Source: Spirochaetia bacterium
GTDB lineage: Bacteria; Spirochaetota; Spirochaetia; SZUA-6; Bin103
DNA length: 64,000 bases
Direction: 5' to 3'
Assembly: GCA_965203905.1 (NCBI GenBank)
Contig: CBDBDQ010000005.1
Coordinates: 6,720,001 to 6,784,000 of the forward strand
How positions within the stretch are numbered: the stretch's first letter is position 1; the number at the start of each line of letters is the position of its first letter. The notes beneath the pieces are model-generated. The model worked only from the letters and a program-made list of their open reading frames with translations, had not been told where the DNA came from and searched no databases. Shown in pieces: positions 44,316 to 54,781 of this stretch. A program made the position numbers and the translations under genes.

Positions 44316-46652
44316 CTACCGTCCACCCCGTCGCGGCCCGTACAGCGACCAGGAGCGCAGGACCGGGGTACGGCCGGGGTGGGAGCTGGTCAGGCGCGCG
44401 GCCAGCCGCAGTTCGGGCGCGTCCAGGTCGGCCAGGGAATCGCCGGGAGTGACGCCGCTGCGCAGCACCGTGCCGTCGGGCGCCGTTGCCGCGAACTCGA
44501 CGGCGGTGCCCTCGGGGGTGTCAACTTCAGCGTTGAAGCGGCCCCAGCCGGAGGCGGGGCGCACGATCACGCCGGAGGAGAGCTCGCCGTCGGCGCGGCG
44601 GTGGACGCCGATGCTGGCCTGCACCTCGCCCGGCAGCAGCCCGCTGCCGTGCAGCGCCAGCTCGTCGATCGTGCCGGCGAAGGGATTGCTGCGCCGGTCG
44701 TGCTGCAGGCCGATGTAGAGGTGGTCCTCGGCGGCGCGGATGGTGTCCGCCTGCTCGCCGATGTCCTCGTGGCGGCTGCGGCGCTGGTGGTGCGCCTGCC
44801 AGCGCGGACCGGCCGACTCGTGCCAGTCGCTGATGGCGGCGGCGTGCTCGGCGCTGCCCGGCAGCGCGAGGTTGTCGTTGGCGTCGACCTCCCCGTCGAG
44901 GTAGAACAGCACCCGTTCGTAGGAATCCAGGGTGATGCGCACCGCCACCGCGACGTGGTACCAGCGGCCGGCCTCCAGGGCGGTTTCCGCCAGGTTCTCC
45001 AGCAGCGGGATGCCCGCCGCTCCGCCGCGGCGCAGGCACAGCCGGCCACGGTGCAGCCCGACCCAGTAGTGCGGCAGCTTGGAGACGATGGTCTGGGTGC
45101 GCTCCGGCGCCTCGGTCGAGATCCACGCTTCCACGGTGAACTCGCGGCCGACGCGCAACTCCGGGCACTCCAGCACGTAGCCGTAGTCGTCGCGGCCGTC
45201 GAAGCGCAGCGCCGTGCCGCGTTGGCCGTGGACCCAGGCCGGCCCCGCCAGCTTGGCGTAGTGGGGCCCGCCGTCGTCGGCCGCCACGCTGCCCTCACCC
45301 TCGTCGAAGCGCCAGTGCGCCACCGTGGAGTCGCGCCGCACCGCGCCCACCTCGGCCAACTCCACACCGCGGTACGCAGGGCGGAAGAAGCGCGTCTCCA
45401 GGAAGGTCCCGAAGATCCCGCTGCGCTCGCCCGTCTCATCCCGGTGATCGTGGCTGTAGTAGATCGACAGCAGGCGCCCGTCGGCGACCTCGGTGAGTTG
45501 CGGGTAGGCGAAGTCGGCGCCCAGGATGCGCTGGTCGTCCAGCACCACCTGCTGGTGGGCGACGTCCCAGGTCGCGCCGTTGTCGAACGAGGCGGTGGCG
45601 ACGATGCGGCAGTTCTGGCGTTGCCCGTTGACCGCCACCAGGGTGCCGTCGGTGAGCGTGATCAGGTAGGGCTGGCTCGGCACCGGCGAGTGCCACAGCG
45701 ACGGCACCGCGGCGCTCCAGGTGCGCCCGTAGTCGGTGGAGGTGGTCTGGTAGTAGTGCTCGCCGTAGCCCTGGGAGCGCATCAGCATCACCAGGGTGCC
45801 GGGGATCAGGGTCTCGGTGACCTGTTCCTCGTCGGGGCCGCGGAGATGCGGGTGGGCGAAGCGTTCGAAGCGCAGCCCGCCCAACTCCACCACGTCCGCG
45901 TCTCGCGGCAGCTCGGCATCCGCGTCGCGCTGCACCAGCATGGCCCGCACCGACGCGGGAAAGGCGGTCAGCCCCGCCTCCTCCGGCGCCGGAGCGCTGC
46001 CGCGCCACAGCAGTTCGCCGTTGGACATCGCCAGTTCCGGCGACGCCGGGTAGAAGTGGTCGCCCAGCGGCGGCAGGGTGACCCAGGTGCGGCCGTTGTC
46101 CTTCGAGTACAGTGCGTAGGCGGTTGCGATCTGGTGGCCCTGGGTGCCCTCCTGCTGCCCGGGGACGCGGCTCCAGGCCCCCATCCACAGGGTGCCGTCG
46201 GCGACCTGCACCAGGTCCTCGGGACCGCCGGCGTCGACCGCGCCCGGCAGCGCGAAGATCACCCACGGGGCGCTCCAACTCTGCCCACCGTCGGTCGAGC
46301 GGGCGGCGACGGTCCTGCCAAACGAACAGAAGGCATGGGCGCTGGCCTCGCGCCACACCGCCAGCAGGCTGCCGTCCTGCAACGCGCGCAGCAGCGGAAA
46401 GAAGCCGCAGCGCAGGTTGCGCGTCTCCGGCTCGCGGAAGTGCGGGCTGGACACGTCGATCCCCTCGCTACGCGCGAACTCGCGCAGGCTGCCGCTTGCC
46501 GGCACCCCGTAGCTCGGGTCGGCGGGGCTCACCCGCACGTGCGGCGCGGTCGGTACCGGCGCCGGCTCGCGCAGCAGCGCTACGCCGCGGCGCCCGTAGA
46601 CGCGGTCCCAGTCCCGGAACCGGTCGCCCCAGATCACTCCTGTATCCGCCAT
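44316..46652 (-). CDS. BNR/Asp-box propeller + LamG-like protein, paralogue of 36806..39103
   Basis: Same architecture. Shares LRCGFFPL, LLAVWREASAHA.CSFGRT, STDYGRTWS, AHQ/HQVVLDD, QTIVS.LPHYW. Confidence 0.85.
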   Translation of the reverse strand: MADTGVIWGDRFRDWDRVYGRRGVALLREPAPVPTAPHVRVSPADPSYGVPASGSLREFARSEGIDVSSPHFREPETRNLRCGFFPLLRALQDGSLLAVWREASAHAFCSFGRTVAARSTDGGQSWSAPWVIFALPGAVDAGGPEDLVQVADGTLWMGAWSRVPGQQEGTQGHQIATAYALYSKDNGRTWVTLPPLGDHFYPASPELAMSNGELLWRGSAPAPEEAGLTAFPASVRAMLVQRDADAELPRDADVVELGGLRFERFAHPHLRGPDEEQVTETLIPGTLVMLMRSQGYGEHYYQTTSTDYGRTWSAAVPSLWHSPVPSQPYLITLTDGTLVAVNGQRQNCRIVATASFDNGATWDVAHQQVVLDDQRILGADFAYPQLTEVADGRLLSIYYSHDHRDETGERSGIFGTFLETRFFRPAYRGVELAEVGAVRRDSTVAHWRFDEGEGSVAADDGGPHYAKLAGPAWVHGQRGTALRFDGRDDYGYVLECPELRVGREFTVEAWISTEAPERTQTIVSKLPHYWVGLHRGRLCLRRGGAAGIPLLENLAETALEAGRWYHVAVAVRITLDSYERVLFYLDGEVDANDNLALPGSAEHAAAISDWHESAGPRWQAHHQRRSRHEDIGEQADTIRAAEDHLYIGLQHDRRSNPFAGTIDELALHGSGLLPGEVQASIGVHRRADGELSSGVIVRPASGWGRFNAEVDTPEGTAVEFAATAPDGTVLRSGVTPGDSLADLDAPELRLAARLTSSHPGRTPVLRSWSLYGPRRGGR

Positions 46653-46664
46653 GGTTGCCTCCTG

Positions 46665-47789
46665 TCAGCGGTGGCTGAACGGGTCGGCGGCGTCGCGCAA
46701 GCCGTCGCCGACGAAATTGAAGCAGAGCACGGCCACGATCACGAACAGCCCCGGGATCAGGTACCACGGGTTGTTGACCATGCTCTGGATGTTCTGCGCC
46801 TCCTTCAGCATCGCCCCCCAGCTCGTCATCGGCGGCCGGATGCCCAGCCCGAGGAAGCTCAGGCTGGTCTCGCCGATGATCATGTTGGGAATGCTCAGGG
46901 TCACGTTGACCAGCAGGAAGCTCATGATGTTGGGGGTGAGGTGCAATAGCATGATGCGCGTCGTGCTGGCGCCGATGTTGCGCGCCGCCAGGATGTACTG
47001 CGCTTCGCGGTTGGCCAGGATCATGCCGCGTACCGAGCGCGCCAGTCCGGTCCAGCCGAAGATCGACAGCACCACCACGATGGCGAAGTAGCGCTGGTAC
47101 TGGTTCAGCTCCTTGGGCAGCGAGGCGGCCAGCAGGATCCACAGCGGCAGCGTGGGCACCGACTGCAGCACCTCGATGATGCGCTGCACGATCAGATCGA
47201 CCGCCCCGGCGAAGTAGCCGGAAGCGGTGCCGATGATGATCCCCAGGACCAGGCTGATCGCCACCCCCACCAACCCGATCGACATCGAGATGCGGCCGCC
47301 GTAGAGCACCCGCGACAGGGTGTCCCGGCCCCAGAAATCGGTGCCGAACAGGAACACGTAGCCCTCGCGCACCCCGAACAGGTGCAGGTTGGTGCGCACC
47401 GGCAGCGGCCCCAGCCGGTACTTGTCCCCCCTGTGGATGAACAGGTACAGCGGGTAGCGCTGCTCCGGCTGCAGCACCCAGGTCACCTTGAAGGTCTGGA
47501 AGTCGACGTGGCGCTCGTAGCCGTAGACGAAGGGGCGCAGGTGGAAGCGTCCGTCGACGTCGACGAAGCGCGGTACCGTAGGCGGCTGGTTCTCGTGCTC
47601 CTTGAAGGTCTCGTACAGCGCGTAGGGGGCGACGAACTCGCTCAGGAAGGTGACCACGTAGAGAAAGATCAGGATCCCCAGACCGACCTTGGCCAGCGGG
47701 CTGCGCCTGAACTTGAGCCACATCAGCGCGCCGATGCTCTTGCCGGTGATCTCTACCGCGGGTTCCGGCACCAAGCTCCTCTCGCTCAT
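46665..47789 (-). CDS. oppC: Opp/Dpp-type ABC permease
   Basis: FGTD..GRD.LSR, EAA-like YILAARNIGA, ETSLSFLGLG, GDGLRDAADP. Confidence 0.9.
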   Translation of the reverse strand: MSERSLVPEPAVEITGKSIGALMWLKFRRSPLAKVGLGILIFLYVVTFLSEFVAPYALYETFKEHENQPPTVPRFVDVDGRFHLRPFVYGYERHVDFQTFKVTWVLQPEQRYPLYLFIHRGDKYRLGPLPVRTNLHLFGVREGYVFLFGTDFWGRDTLSRVLYGGRISMSIGLVGVAISLVLGIIIGTASGYFAGAVDLIVQRIIEVLQSVPTLPLWILLAASLPKELNQYQRYFAIVVVLSIFGWTGLARSVRGMILANREAQYILAARNIGASTTRIMLLHLTPNIMSFLLVNVTLSIPNMIIGETSLSFLGLGIRPPMTSWGAMLKEAQNIQSMVNNPWYLIPGLFVIVAVLCFNFVGDGLRDAADPFSHR

Positions 47790-47806
47790 CGGCGGCGCCT
47801 CATTTC

Positions 47807-48799
47807 TCACTCGTAGCGTACCCGCGGGTCGACCCAGCTCAGCAGGATGTCGGCCAGCAGGTAGCCCACCACCAGCAGCACCGACAGCAGCATCACCATC
47901 GCTCCCGCCAGGAACGCGTCGTGGTTCAGCACCGCCACGTACAGCAGCGGTCCCATGGTCGGCAGGTTGAGCACGATCGAGACGATCAGCTCCCCGCCCA
48001 GCAGCGCCGACAGCAGGCCGCCGGCGGCGGTGATCAGCGGGTTGATGGCGATGCGGAACGGGTACTTCCACAGCACCTGTGCCTCGTTCAGGCCCTTGGC
48101 GCGTGCGGTCACCACGTACTGTCGCCCCAGCTCGTCCAGCATGTTGCCGCGCAGCACGCGGATGTAGCCGGCGGTGCCCGCGGTGCCCAGCACGACCACC
48201 GGAATCCACATCCGGCTCAGCATGTCCAGCACCTTGGGGATGCTCCACGGCGCATCCAGGTACTGCGGCGAGAACAGCCCGCCGGGCACCTGGCCGAACC
48301 AGTAGAAGCTGATGACGATGAACGCCAGCGCCAGCAGGAAGTTGGGGATCGACAGCCCGAGAAAGCCGATGAAGGTGAAGATGTGATCGGTCGTCGAGTA
48401 CTGGTTGACGGCGGAGTAGACCCCGATCGGCAGCGACACCAGCAGCACGAACACCGTGGTGCAGAACGAGATGGTCACCGTGAGCGCCAGCCGCTCGGTG
48501 ATCAGGTCGACGATCTTCTTGTGGCCGTAGGAGACCGAGTGGCCCATCTCGCCCACCACGAAGTTGCTGAACCACTTCCACCAGCGGATGTAGATCGGCC
48601 GGCCGATGCCGTAGCGGAACTCCAGCAGCTTGCGCTGCCCGTCGGTGAGATCCGGAATGCCGGTATCGGCCAGATTCTGCGCCACGATCACGTCGACGTA
48701 GCTGCCCGGCATGGCGTCGATCAGCACGAACACCAGCATCGAGATCAGCACCAGCGTCGGCACCGCGATGACGATGCGCCGCAGGATGTACTGGATCAC
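47807..48799 (-). CDS. oppB: Opp/Dpp-type ABC permease
   Basis: YILRR, PG, SIPNFLLAL, YVVTARAKGL, ADIL...VDPRVR. Confidence 0.9.
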   Translation of the reverse strand: MIQYILRRIVIAVPTLVLISMLVFVLIDAMPGSYVDVIVAQNLADTGIPDLTDGQRKLLEFRYGIGRPIYIRWWKWFSNFVVGEMGHSVSYGHKKIVDLITERLALTVTISFCTTVFVLLVSLPIGVYSAVNQYSTTDHIFTFIGFLGLSIPNFLLALAFIVISFYWFGQVPGGLFSPQYLDAPWSIPKVLDMLSRMWIPVVVLGTAGTAGYIRVLRGNMLDELGRQYVVTARAKGLNEAQVLWKYPFRIAINPLITAAGGLLSALLGGELIVSIVLNLPTMGPLLYVAVLNHDAFLAGAMVMLLSVLLVVGYLLADILLSWVDPRVRYE

Positions 48800-48807
48800 A
48801 TGTCACG

Positions 48808-48852
48808 CGCTCCCGCGGAGCGGCCGCTCCAGGAGCGGCCGCCCGGGGAGCG
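48808..48852 (-). terminator. stem-loop between SBP and permease genes
   Basis: CGCTCCC...GCGGCCGCTCC-A-GGAGCGGCCGC...GGGAGCG. Confidence 0.55.
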
Positions 48853-48857
48853 AACAC

Positions 48858-50888
48858 CTATTCCGCGAACCACTGCTCGATGCGGATCGTGCGCCGCGAG
48901 GCGAAGCCGGGCCAGCCGCCCTCGACCACGTTCTGCAGCCGGTTGTGGAACAGCAGCGTGCTCTGGGAGCCGCCCAGCACCAACGGGAACGCCACCAGGT
49001 TGCGCACCGCGATGTCGGTCGCCTCGACCGCCAGCAGGCGGCGCTGCTCGGGATCGGGGGTCGCCTGGTACTCCTGGATCAGCTCGTACATCTGCTCCAG
49101 CGGCCCGCGCACGCCATCGTGCGGTGCCTCGCCCATGCTGCCGCCCGACTCGACCCACTCGGTCACGCCGCGCTGGTAGAGCTGGTTGAAGTTGAGGTCG
49201 TTCACCGCCCAGTGGCCCCAGCCGGCGCCCATCTCCACCAGCGGCACGGTGCCCTGCAGCCACAGCTCGCGGTAGCCGGGGCTCCACGGCCGGGTGACGC
49301 CGAACACCTTGATCTTCAGCTCCTGGTCCCACTTGTCGCCCTGCATCGCGACCACTTCGCTCATGTGCATGTAGCTGCGGTCGAAGTAGCCCATGGACAT
49401 CTCGACGCGCTCGCCGCTTGGATAGTGGCGGTAGCCGTCGTCGCCCACGGCCAGTCCCAGCTCGTCGAGAATCGCGTTCGCCTCGTCGGGATCGTAGCGC
49501 AGCCAGTCGCGCAGGAACTCCCAGGTAGCCTCCGATTCCGGGCTGTCGCCCACCACCGCGCCGCGGTAGAGCAGCGGGTGCGCATCCGAGATACCCGTGA
49601 ACTGGACCAGCTCCGGCCCCACCATGGCGGCCGCGATCTGCTCGTTGTCGATGCCGAGCTGCAGCGCCCTGAGGAACTCGGGGTTCTGCAGCAGGTCGGC
49701 CAGCATCTGGTCCTGCGGTTCCTCGTGCTCGCGCGACGCCCAGTGCAGGTTGACCTGGGCGCTGACGAAGAAGCTGCCGCCCTGCTTCATCATGCGGTAA
49801 TTGCCGCGCTCCTGGTTCTGGAAGATGATCGTGTCGCCGCCGAAGTTGCCGCTGCCCCAGTCGAACTCGCCGGCGATGACGCGCAGCTTGAGCACCTCCT
49901 GGTCCTTGAAGTAGCTGATGTGCAACTCGTCGAAGTAGGGAAGCTGGTTGCCTTCGGGATCCACCTTGCCGTAGTAGGGGTTGCGGTCCAGCAGCATGAT
50001 GTCGCCCTCCTTGACGGTGGTCGGCATCCACGCGCCGAGGGTCGGGCGCGCCGGGTCGAGATACTGCAGGTGAATCTGCTTGATCTCGGTGATCATCTCG
50101 CTCGGCGCCTTGTCGCTCTCGGTGTAGCTGGGATGGAACTGCTTGAGGTAATGCGCGGGAGTCGGGTCCAGCCGGGTGGTCGCGAACAACTGCTTGTAGC
50201 TCACGAACGGCTCCGCCGCGCGCACCACGATCGTGTAGTCGTCCACCACTTCGAACTCCAGCAGCTCCCCGCCCACCTTGAACTCGCGCGGGGCCACGTC
50301 GTACTTGGTGACGTCGGCACCCTCTTCCACGAACAGGTGGATGTCGTTGACGGTGAACATCACGTCGGCGGCGGTCACGGGCGCGCCGTCCGACCACTTC
50401 AGACCTGGCCGCAGGTGGATGGTGAAGGTCTGGAAGTCGTCGCTGATGTCGAGGCTCTCGGCGATGTTGGCGTACATGACGGTGCCGCTGGGGGCGGTGA
50501 TGTCGTACAGCCCCTCGTTCAGGTAGCGGGTGATGTAACGGAAGTTGGTGTACAGCCCGTCAGGCGCCTTGAGCGTGCCGCCGTGCTTGCCGATGCGGTC
50601 GTACGGGGTGACCACGGCGGGAATGTCCGGCAGCCGTTCCTCCACCGGCGGCAACTCGCCCGCGGCCACCAGCGCGGCCAGCACCGGCGACTCCTGGTAG
50701 CTCGCCAGTGGAGCGTCGGGGGTATGGATCGGGACGTGGTCGGCTCCGGACGCCTTCTCTTCCATGGCGGCGGGAGCCGGCGACGGGTCGGGGGCGGACG
50801 CTCCCTCGGTCTGTGAACCGGCCACGGCGGACATCAGTACCAGCGACATGAGGGTCGCGGTCAGCGAGATCACGCGGAGTGATTTCAT
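48858..50888 (-). CDS. family-5 ABC solute-binding protein
   Basis: ATG 50888 with signal peptide MKSLRVISLTATLMSLVLMSAVA. ESP.L..LV..GELPPVEERLP, LRPGLKWSDG, RNPYY.KVD.EGNQLPY. Confidence 0.9.
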   Translation of the reverse strand: MKSLRVISLTATLMSLVLMSAVAGSQTEGASAPDPSPAPAAMEEKASGADHVPIHTPDAPLASYQESPVLAALVAAGELPPVEERLPDIPAVVTPYDRIGKHGGTLKAPDGLYTNFRYITRYLNEGLYDITAPSGTVMYANIAESLDISDDFQTFTIHLRPGLKWSDGAPVTAADVMFTVNDIHLFVEEGADVTKYDVAPREFKVGGELLEFEVVDDYTIVVRAAEPFVSYKQLFATTRLDPTPAHYLKQFHPSYTESDKAPSEMITEIKQIHLQYLDPARPTLGAWMPTTVKEGDIMLLDRNPYYGKVDPEGNQLPYFDELHISYFKDQEVLKLRVIAGEFDWGSGNFGGDTIIFQNQERGNYRMMKQGGSFFVSAQVNLHWASREHEEPQDQMLADLLQNPEFLRALQLGIDNEQIAAAMVGPELVQFTGISDAHPLLYRGAVVGDSPESEATWEFLRDWLRYDPDEANAILDELGLAVGDDGYRHYPSGERVEMSMGYFDRSYMHMSEVVAMQGDKWDQELKIKVFGVTRPWSPGYRELWLQGTVPLVEMGAGWGHWAVNDLNFNQLYQRGVTEWVESGGSMGEAPHDGVRGPLEQMYELIQEYQATPDPEQRRLLAVEATDIAVRNLVAFPLVLGGSQSTLLFHNRLQNVVEGGWPGFASRRTIRIEQWFAE

Positions 50889-51074
50889 AGGGAATGCCTC
50901 CTGGCGTCTGAGTGCGTCAGACTCCGATGTAACGGGAGATACTAACCCCGGTTGCCCGCGCCCGCAACCGTGCAAGCGCGCCCGTAGAAGCGGTACGGAG
51001 GACGGGCCGTTGTACGATGGTATGAAAGAGGCAACAGCAAGCCGAAGTGTACAGATCCCGGCGGAGTGGATAGG

Positions 51075-51827
51075 ATGGCGGACGTGACCGTAGCGTTCGA
51101 CACGCTCAAGGCGGCGACGCGGCTGCAGCGGGCGGGGTTCGACGAGGACAAGGCGCGGGCGCTGGTGTCGACGTTTGCCGAGGGCCTGGTCGAGAACCTC
51201 GCCACCAAGCACGACCTGGTACCGCTGGCCACCAAGGAAGACCTCGTACGCCTTGCTACCAAGGAGGAGATCGCCAAGCTCGCCACCAAGGACGAGATCG
51301 CCAAGCTTGCTACCAAGGACGAGATCGCCAAGCTCGCCACCAAGGACGAGATCGCCAAGCTCGCTACCAAGGACGAGATCGCCAAGCTCGCCACCAAGGA
51401 CGAGATCGCCAAGCTCGCTACCAAGGACGAGATCGCCAAGCTCGCTACCAAGGACGAGATCGCCAAGCTCGCCACCAAGGACGAGATCGCCAAGCTCGCT
51501 ACCAAGGACGAGATCGCCAAGCTCGCTACCAAGGACGAGATCGCCAAGCTCGCCACCAAGGACGAGATCGCCAAGCTCGCTACCAAGGACGAGATCGCCA
51601 AGCTCGCCACCAAGGACGAGATCGCCAAGCTCGCTACCAAGGACGAGATCGCCAAGCTCGCCACCAAGGATGAACTTGCAGCCCTGCGTGCCGAGATGGC
51701 TACCAAGACAGACATTGCAACCCTACGCACCGAGATAGCCAAGGTCCAGGAGCGGCTGACGGTCCGACTGGGAACGGCTATCGGCGCCGTCGCGGCAATC
51801 CTGGTGGCCGTAGACAAGCTCTTGTAG
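51075..51827 (+). CDS. DUF1640/CCDC90-like coiled-coil protein with expanded LATKDEIAK repeats and C-terminal membrane anchor
   Basis: FDTLKAATRLQRAGF...A.ALV head, LATKxD motifs, hydrophobic tail LGTAIGAVAAILVAV. Confidence 0.8.
   Translation: MADVTVAFDTLKAATRLQRAGFDEDKARALVSTFAEGLVENLATKHDLVPLATKEDLVRLATKEEIAKLATKDEIAKLATKDEIAKLATKDEIAKLATKDEIAKLATKDEIAKLATKDEIAKLATKDEIAKLATKDEIAKLATKDEIAKLATKDEIAKLATKDEIAKLATKDEIAKLATKDEIAKLATKDEIAKLATKDELAALRAEMATKTDIATLRTEIAKVQERLTVRLGTAIGAVAAILVAVDKLL
51198..51683 (+). repeat. 27-bp coding tandem repeat, 18 units (14 encode exactly LATKDEIAK, 51279-51656)
   Basis: Unit CTYGCYACCAAGGACGAGATCGCCAAG counted directly. Only synonymous C/T variation within the core units. 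Confidence 0.95.
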
Positions 51828-51874
51828 GCGGACCGGGAACTCGGACGGGAACAACGACCCCGCCGCCCGCGCAC

Positions 51875-52495
51875 ATGATGATGCGCCACCTGCGTTTCGC
51901 GTTCCGGCGCGAGGATGAAGCGCCTGACGCGCACTTCTACGCGGAGCCGCGGCTGGTCACCCACATCGACGAGGCGGCCATCGCGGCGGTCACCCAACTC
52001 TACCGCGAGTATCTCCCGGCGGACGCAGCGGTGCTCGACCTGATGAGCAGCTGGGTAAGCCACCTGCCGGCCGAGGTGACCTATTCGCGCGTGGTGGGGC
52101 TCGGCATGAACCGCGCCGAGCTGGCCGCCAACCCCCGCCTGAACGGCTTCGTCGTGCATGACCTGAATCGAGACCCGCGCCTCCCCTTCGCCGACTCCGA
52201 GTTCGACGCCGCGGCCATCTGCGTGTCGATCCAGTACCTCACGCGGCCGGTGGCGGTGCTGCGCGACCTGGGCCGGGTGCTGGTCGCCGGCGGCCCGCTG
52301 GTCATCACGTTCTCCAACCGCTGCTTCCCCACCAAGGCGGTGCGCGCCTGGTTGCTGCGCGACGACCTCGGCCACGCCGCGCTGGTCGCCCGCTACCTGA
52401 AGGCGGCGCGCACCTGGACCGGCATCCAACACCTCGACCGCAGCCCGCCGGCGAGCGACCCCCTGCATGCCGTGGTCGCCCGGCGCGCCCCTTGA
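51875..52495 (+). CDS. class I SAM-dependent methyltransferase-like protein
   Basis: D..FY.EPRLVTHID, VLDLMSSWVSHLP, GLGMN..EL..N, TFSNRCFPTKAV. Confidence 0.8.
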   Translation: MMMRHLRFAFRREDEAPDAHFYAEPRLVTHIDEAAIAAVTQLYREYLPADAAVLDLMSSWVSHLPAEVTYSRVVGLGMNRAELAANPRLNGFVVHDLNRDPRLPFADSEFDAAAICVSIQYLTRPVAVLRDLGRVLVAGGPLVITFSNRCFPTKAVRAWLLRDDLGHAALVARYLKAARTWTGIQHLDRSPPASDPLHAVVARRAP

Positions 52496-52642
52496 CCAGA
52501 CGCGCCGCCACAGCGCTCGGCCAGGCGCAGGCGAAACAGGCGCAGGCGACACTCAACCTTGACGCCCAGCCACATCTGTGTTGGCACAGAAAAACCTCGC
52601 CACATACCCATCGGTGTCGTGGCAGCCAAGGAGAACTCGGGC

Positions 52643-54753
52643 ATGGTAAAGAAACACCTCGTGCTACTCGCCTATGCAGGCATTCTGATGCTCGCATGCG
52701 CCACGGTTTTCGCGGAAGGCAGACGCGAGCGAAACCAGGAAGGGCCGCAGCAAGCGGCGGTTGTTGCCTCCGGCGAATTCAAGGAGGCTCCGCTCCTGAC
52801 CCAGATGGTGAGCGAAGGCCTGATCCCACCGGTGGGAGAACGGTTGCCGGAAAACCCGATGGTGATCGAGCCACTCGAAAGCGTCGGCCGTTATGGCGGA
52901 ACCATGAACATCTTCGGTCAGAGCCCATGGGAAGCAGCCCTGATGATGGGCCATCAAGGGCCGTTCCTGGTAGATCCTCAAGGCACGCCGGGAGTGCCCT
53001 ACGTATTCGAAGCTTCGAGGTAAGCGAAGACTTCAAGGAGTGGATATTCTACCTGCGCCCGGGCCTGAAATGGTCCGACGGCGAGGAGCTCACTGCCTGG
53101 CACCTGTACGAATACTGGCGCTATCACCGCGCCAATCAGGTGCTGACGCCGGAGATGACACCCGAGCAGATCGTGATCGAAGACAACGCCGTAACCTTTA
53201 CCGACGAGCCGCCGTGGACCAAGGGACGCACGGTGCGCAAGGAGATCATCGACGACTACACGATCAAGTTCACTTCCGACGTTCCCTACCCGTTCCTGAT
53301 CAATTACATGAGTGCGAGCCAGTTCAGCGTCTGGTCGCGGATCCTGCCGATGCACTTCCTGAAGCAGTACCACGCCGAGATCGTGGGCGAAGAAGCCGCC
53401 AACGCCAAGGCGAAGGAAGCCGGGATGAACACCTGGGACCAGTTGTACGTGGCATTCGGCCGCACCAACCACCAGAGCTCGATTCAGATCCAGCGCTCAT
53501 TTCCGCCCACGCTCGCTCCCTACGTGCTCGTCGACCGCGAGGAGAACCTGATCGTCTACGAGCGTAATCCGTACTACTGGGCGATCGATACCGCGGGCAA
53601 CCAGCTTCCCTACATCGACCGCATCGTGTTCGAGCAGGTCAACAACCGCGAGATCCTCGACGGCAAGGTGATCTCCGGGGAAGCGGACTGGGCCGGCTTC
53701 GACCTCAAGACCGAATCGCTCCCGCTCTACCGCGAGTACGAGGAGAGTGGAAACTATACCACCAAGGTGTGGAACTGCACCTTCAACACGGTCATCATGC
53801 GGTACAACTTCAATCACCAGGATCCCTACATCGCGGAGCTGTTCCTGGAGAAGGACTTCCGCATGGCGCTGCAGATCACGGTCAACCGCAGCCGCATCAA
53901 CGACGAGGTGATGTTCGGCCTGGCGAAGGAATACCGGATGGCCCCTACGCCCGGCAATTCATTCTATGATCACGAATTCGAGATTCGCCACACGGACTTC
54001 GATCCGGAACGCGCGGGCAAGCTGCTCGACGGACTCGACATCACCGACAAGGACGGCGACGGCTGGCGCGACCGTCCCGACGGCGGCGCGCTGTCGATGG
54101 AGGTCCTGGTCGGCGACTACGAGACCCCGAAGATCCCGGTGATGGAGATCATCACCAACGACTGGCAGGCGATCGGGCTCAACATCACCTTCGAGGTGAT
54201 GGACTGGCCGATCCGTTGGCCGCTCGTCACCAGCAACAACTACGACATGTACACGCACCATGGCGCGTACAACGTGCCGGTGACTTATGGCGTCAACATG
54301 TTCAGCCTGCCCGGTCTCGAGAGCGGGCAGACGTTCGACACCTGGTACAAGACCGGGGGCCGCGCCGGCATCGAGCCGCCGCCCGACATCATCGAGCTGT
54401 ACGACTGGTACTACAAGGATCTGCAGTCCGTTTCGACGGAGGACGAGTTCAACGAGATCAGCCGCAAGATCTGGGACAACGTGATCGAGAACGTGTGGAC
54501 CCTGGACACACTCTCGGAGTTCCCGCGTCCCGTGATCGGCAAGAACGATCTCCTGAATCAGCCCACCGAGGAGCATGGTCCGCTGTTCTGGGCGTGGGAT
54601 TTCTGGTGGATCCACCCGTACTATCCGATGCAGTTCTACTTCGCCGACCGGCCGGAGATCACCCGCGGCGAGTCCCAGTTGTTCGACTATTACTCGGCGG
54701 AGCGGCTGAACGCCGATCCGGTCAAGTATTCGATCGAGCGTGGCTGGATGTAG
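52643..54753 (+). pseudogene. family-5 ABC solute-binding protein interrupted by a 1-bp frameshift at about 53010
   Basis: AAGGAG SD and ATG 52643 give a signal peptide and the EAPLL...ERLP...GRYGG segment, which stops at 53023. The remainder (FEVSEDFKEWIFYLRPGLKWSDG...GNQLPYID) is in another frame. Confidence 0.8.
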
Positions 54754-54781
54754 CTTCGGTTTCGCGGCAAGCTGATCCATT

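Noticed and set aside
51198-51683. CRISPR-like array
   Set aside because: The 27-bp units are contiguous with no spacers, lie in frame within a protein, and there are no cas genes.
53000-53025. Programmed ribosomal frameshift or phase variation in the SBP gene
   Set aside because: No slippery heptamer or homopolymer tract. A simple 1-bp loss is more parsimonious.
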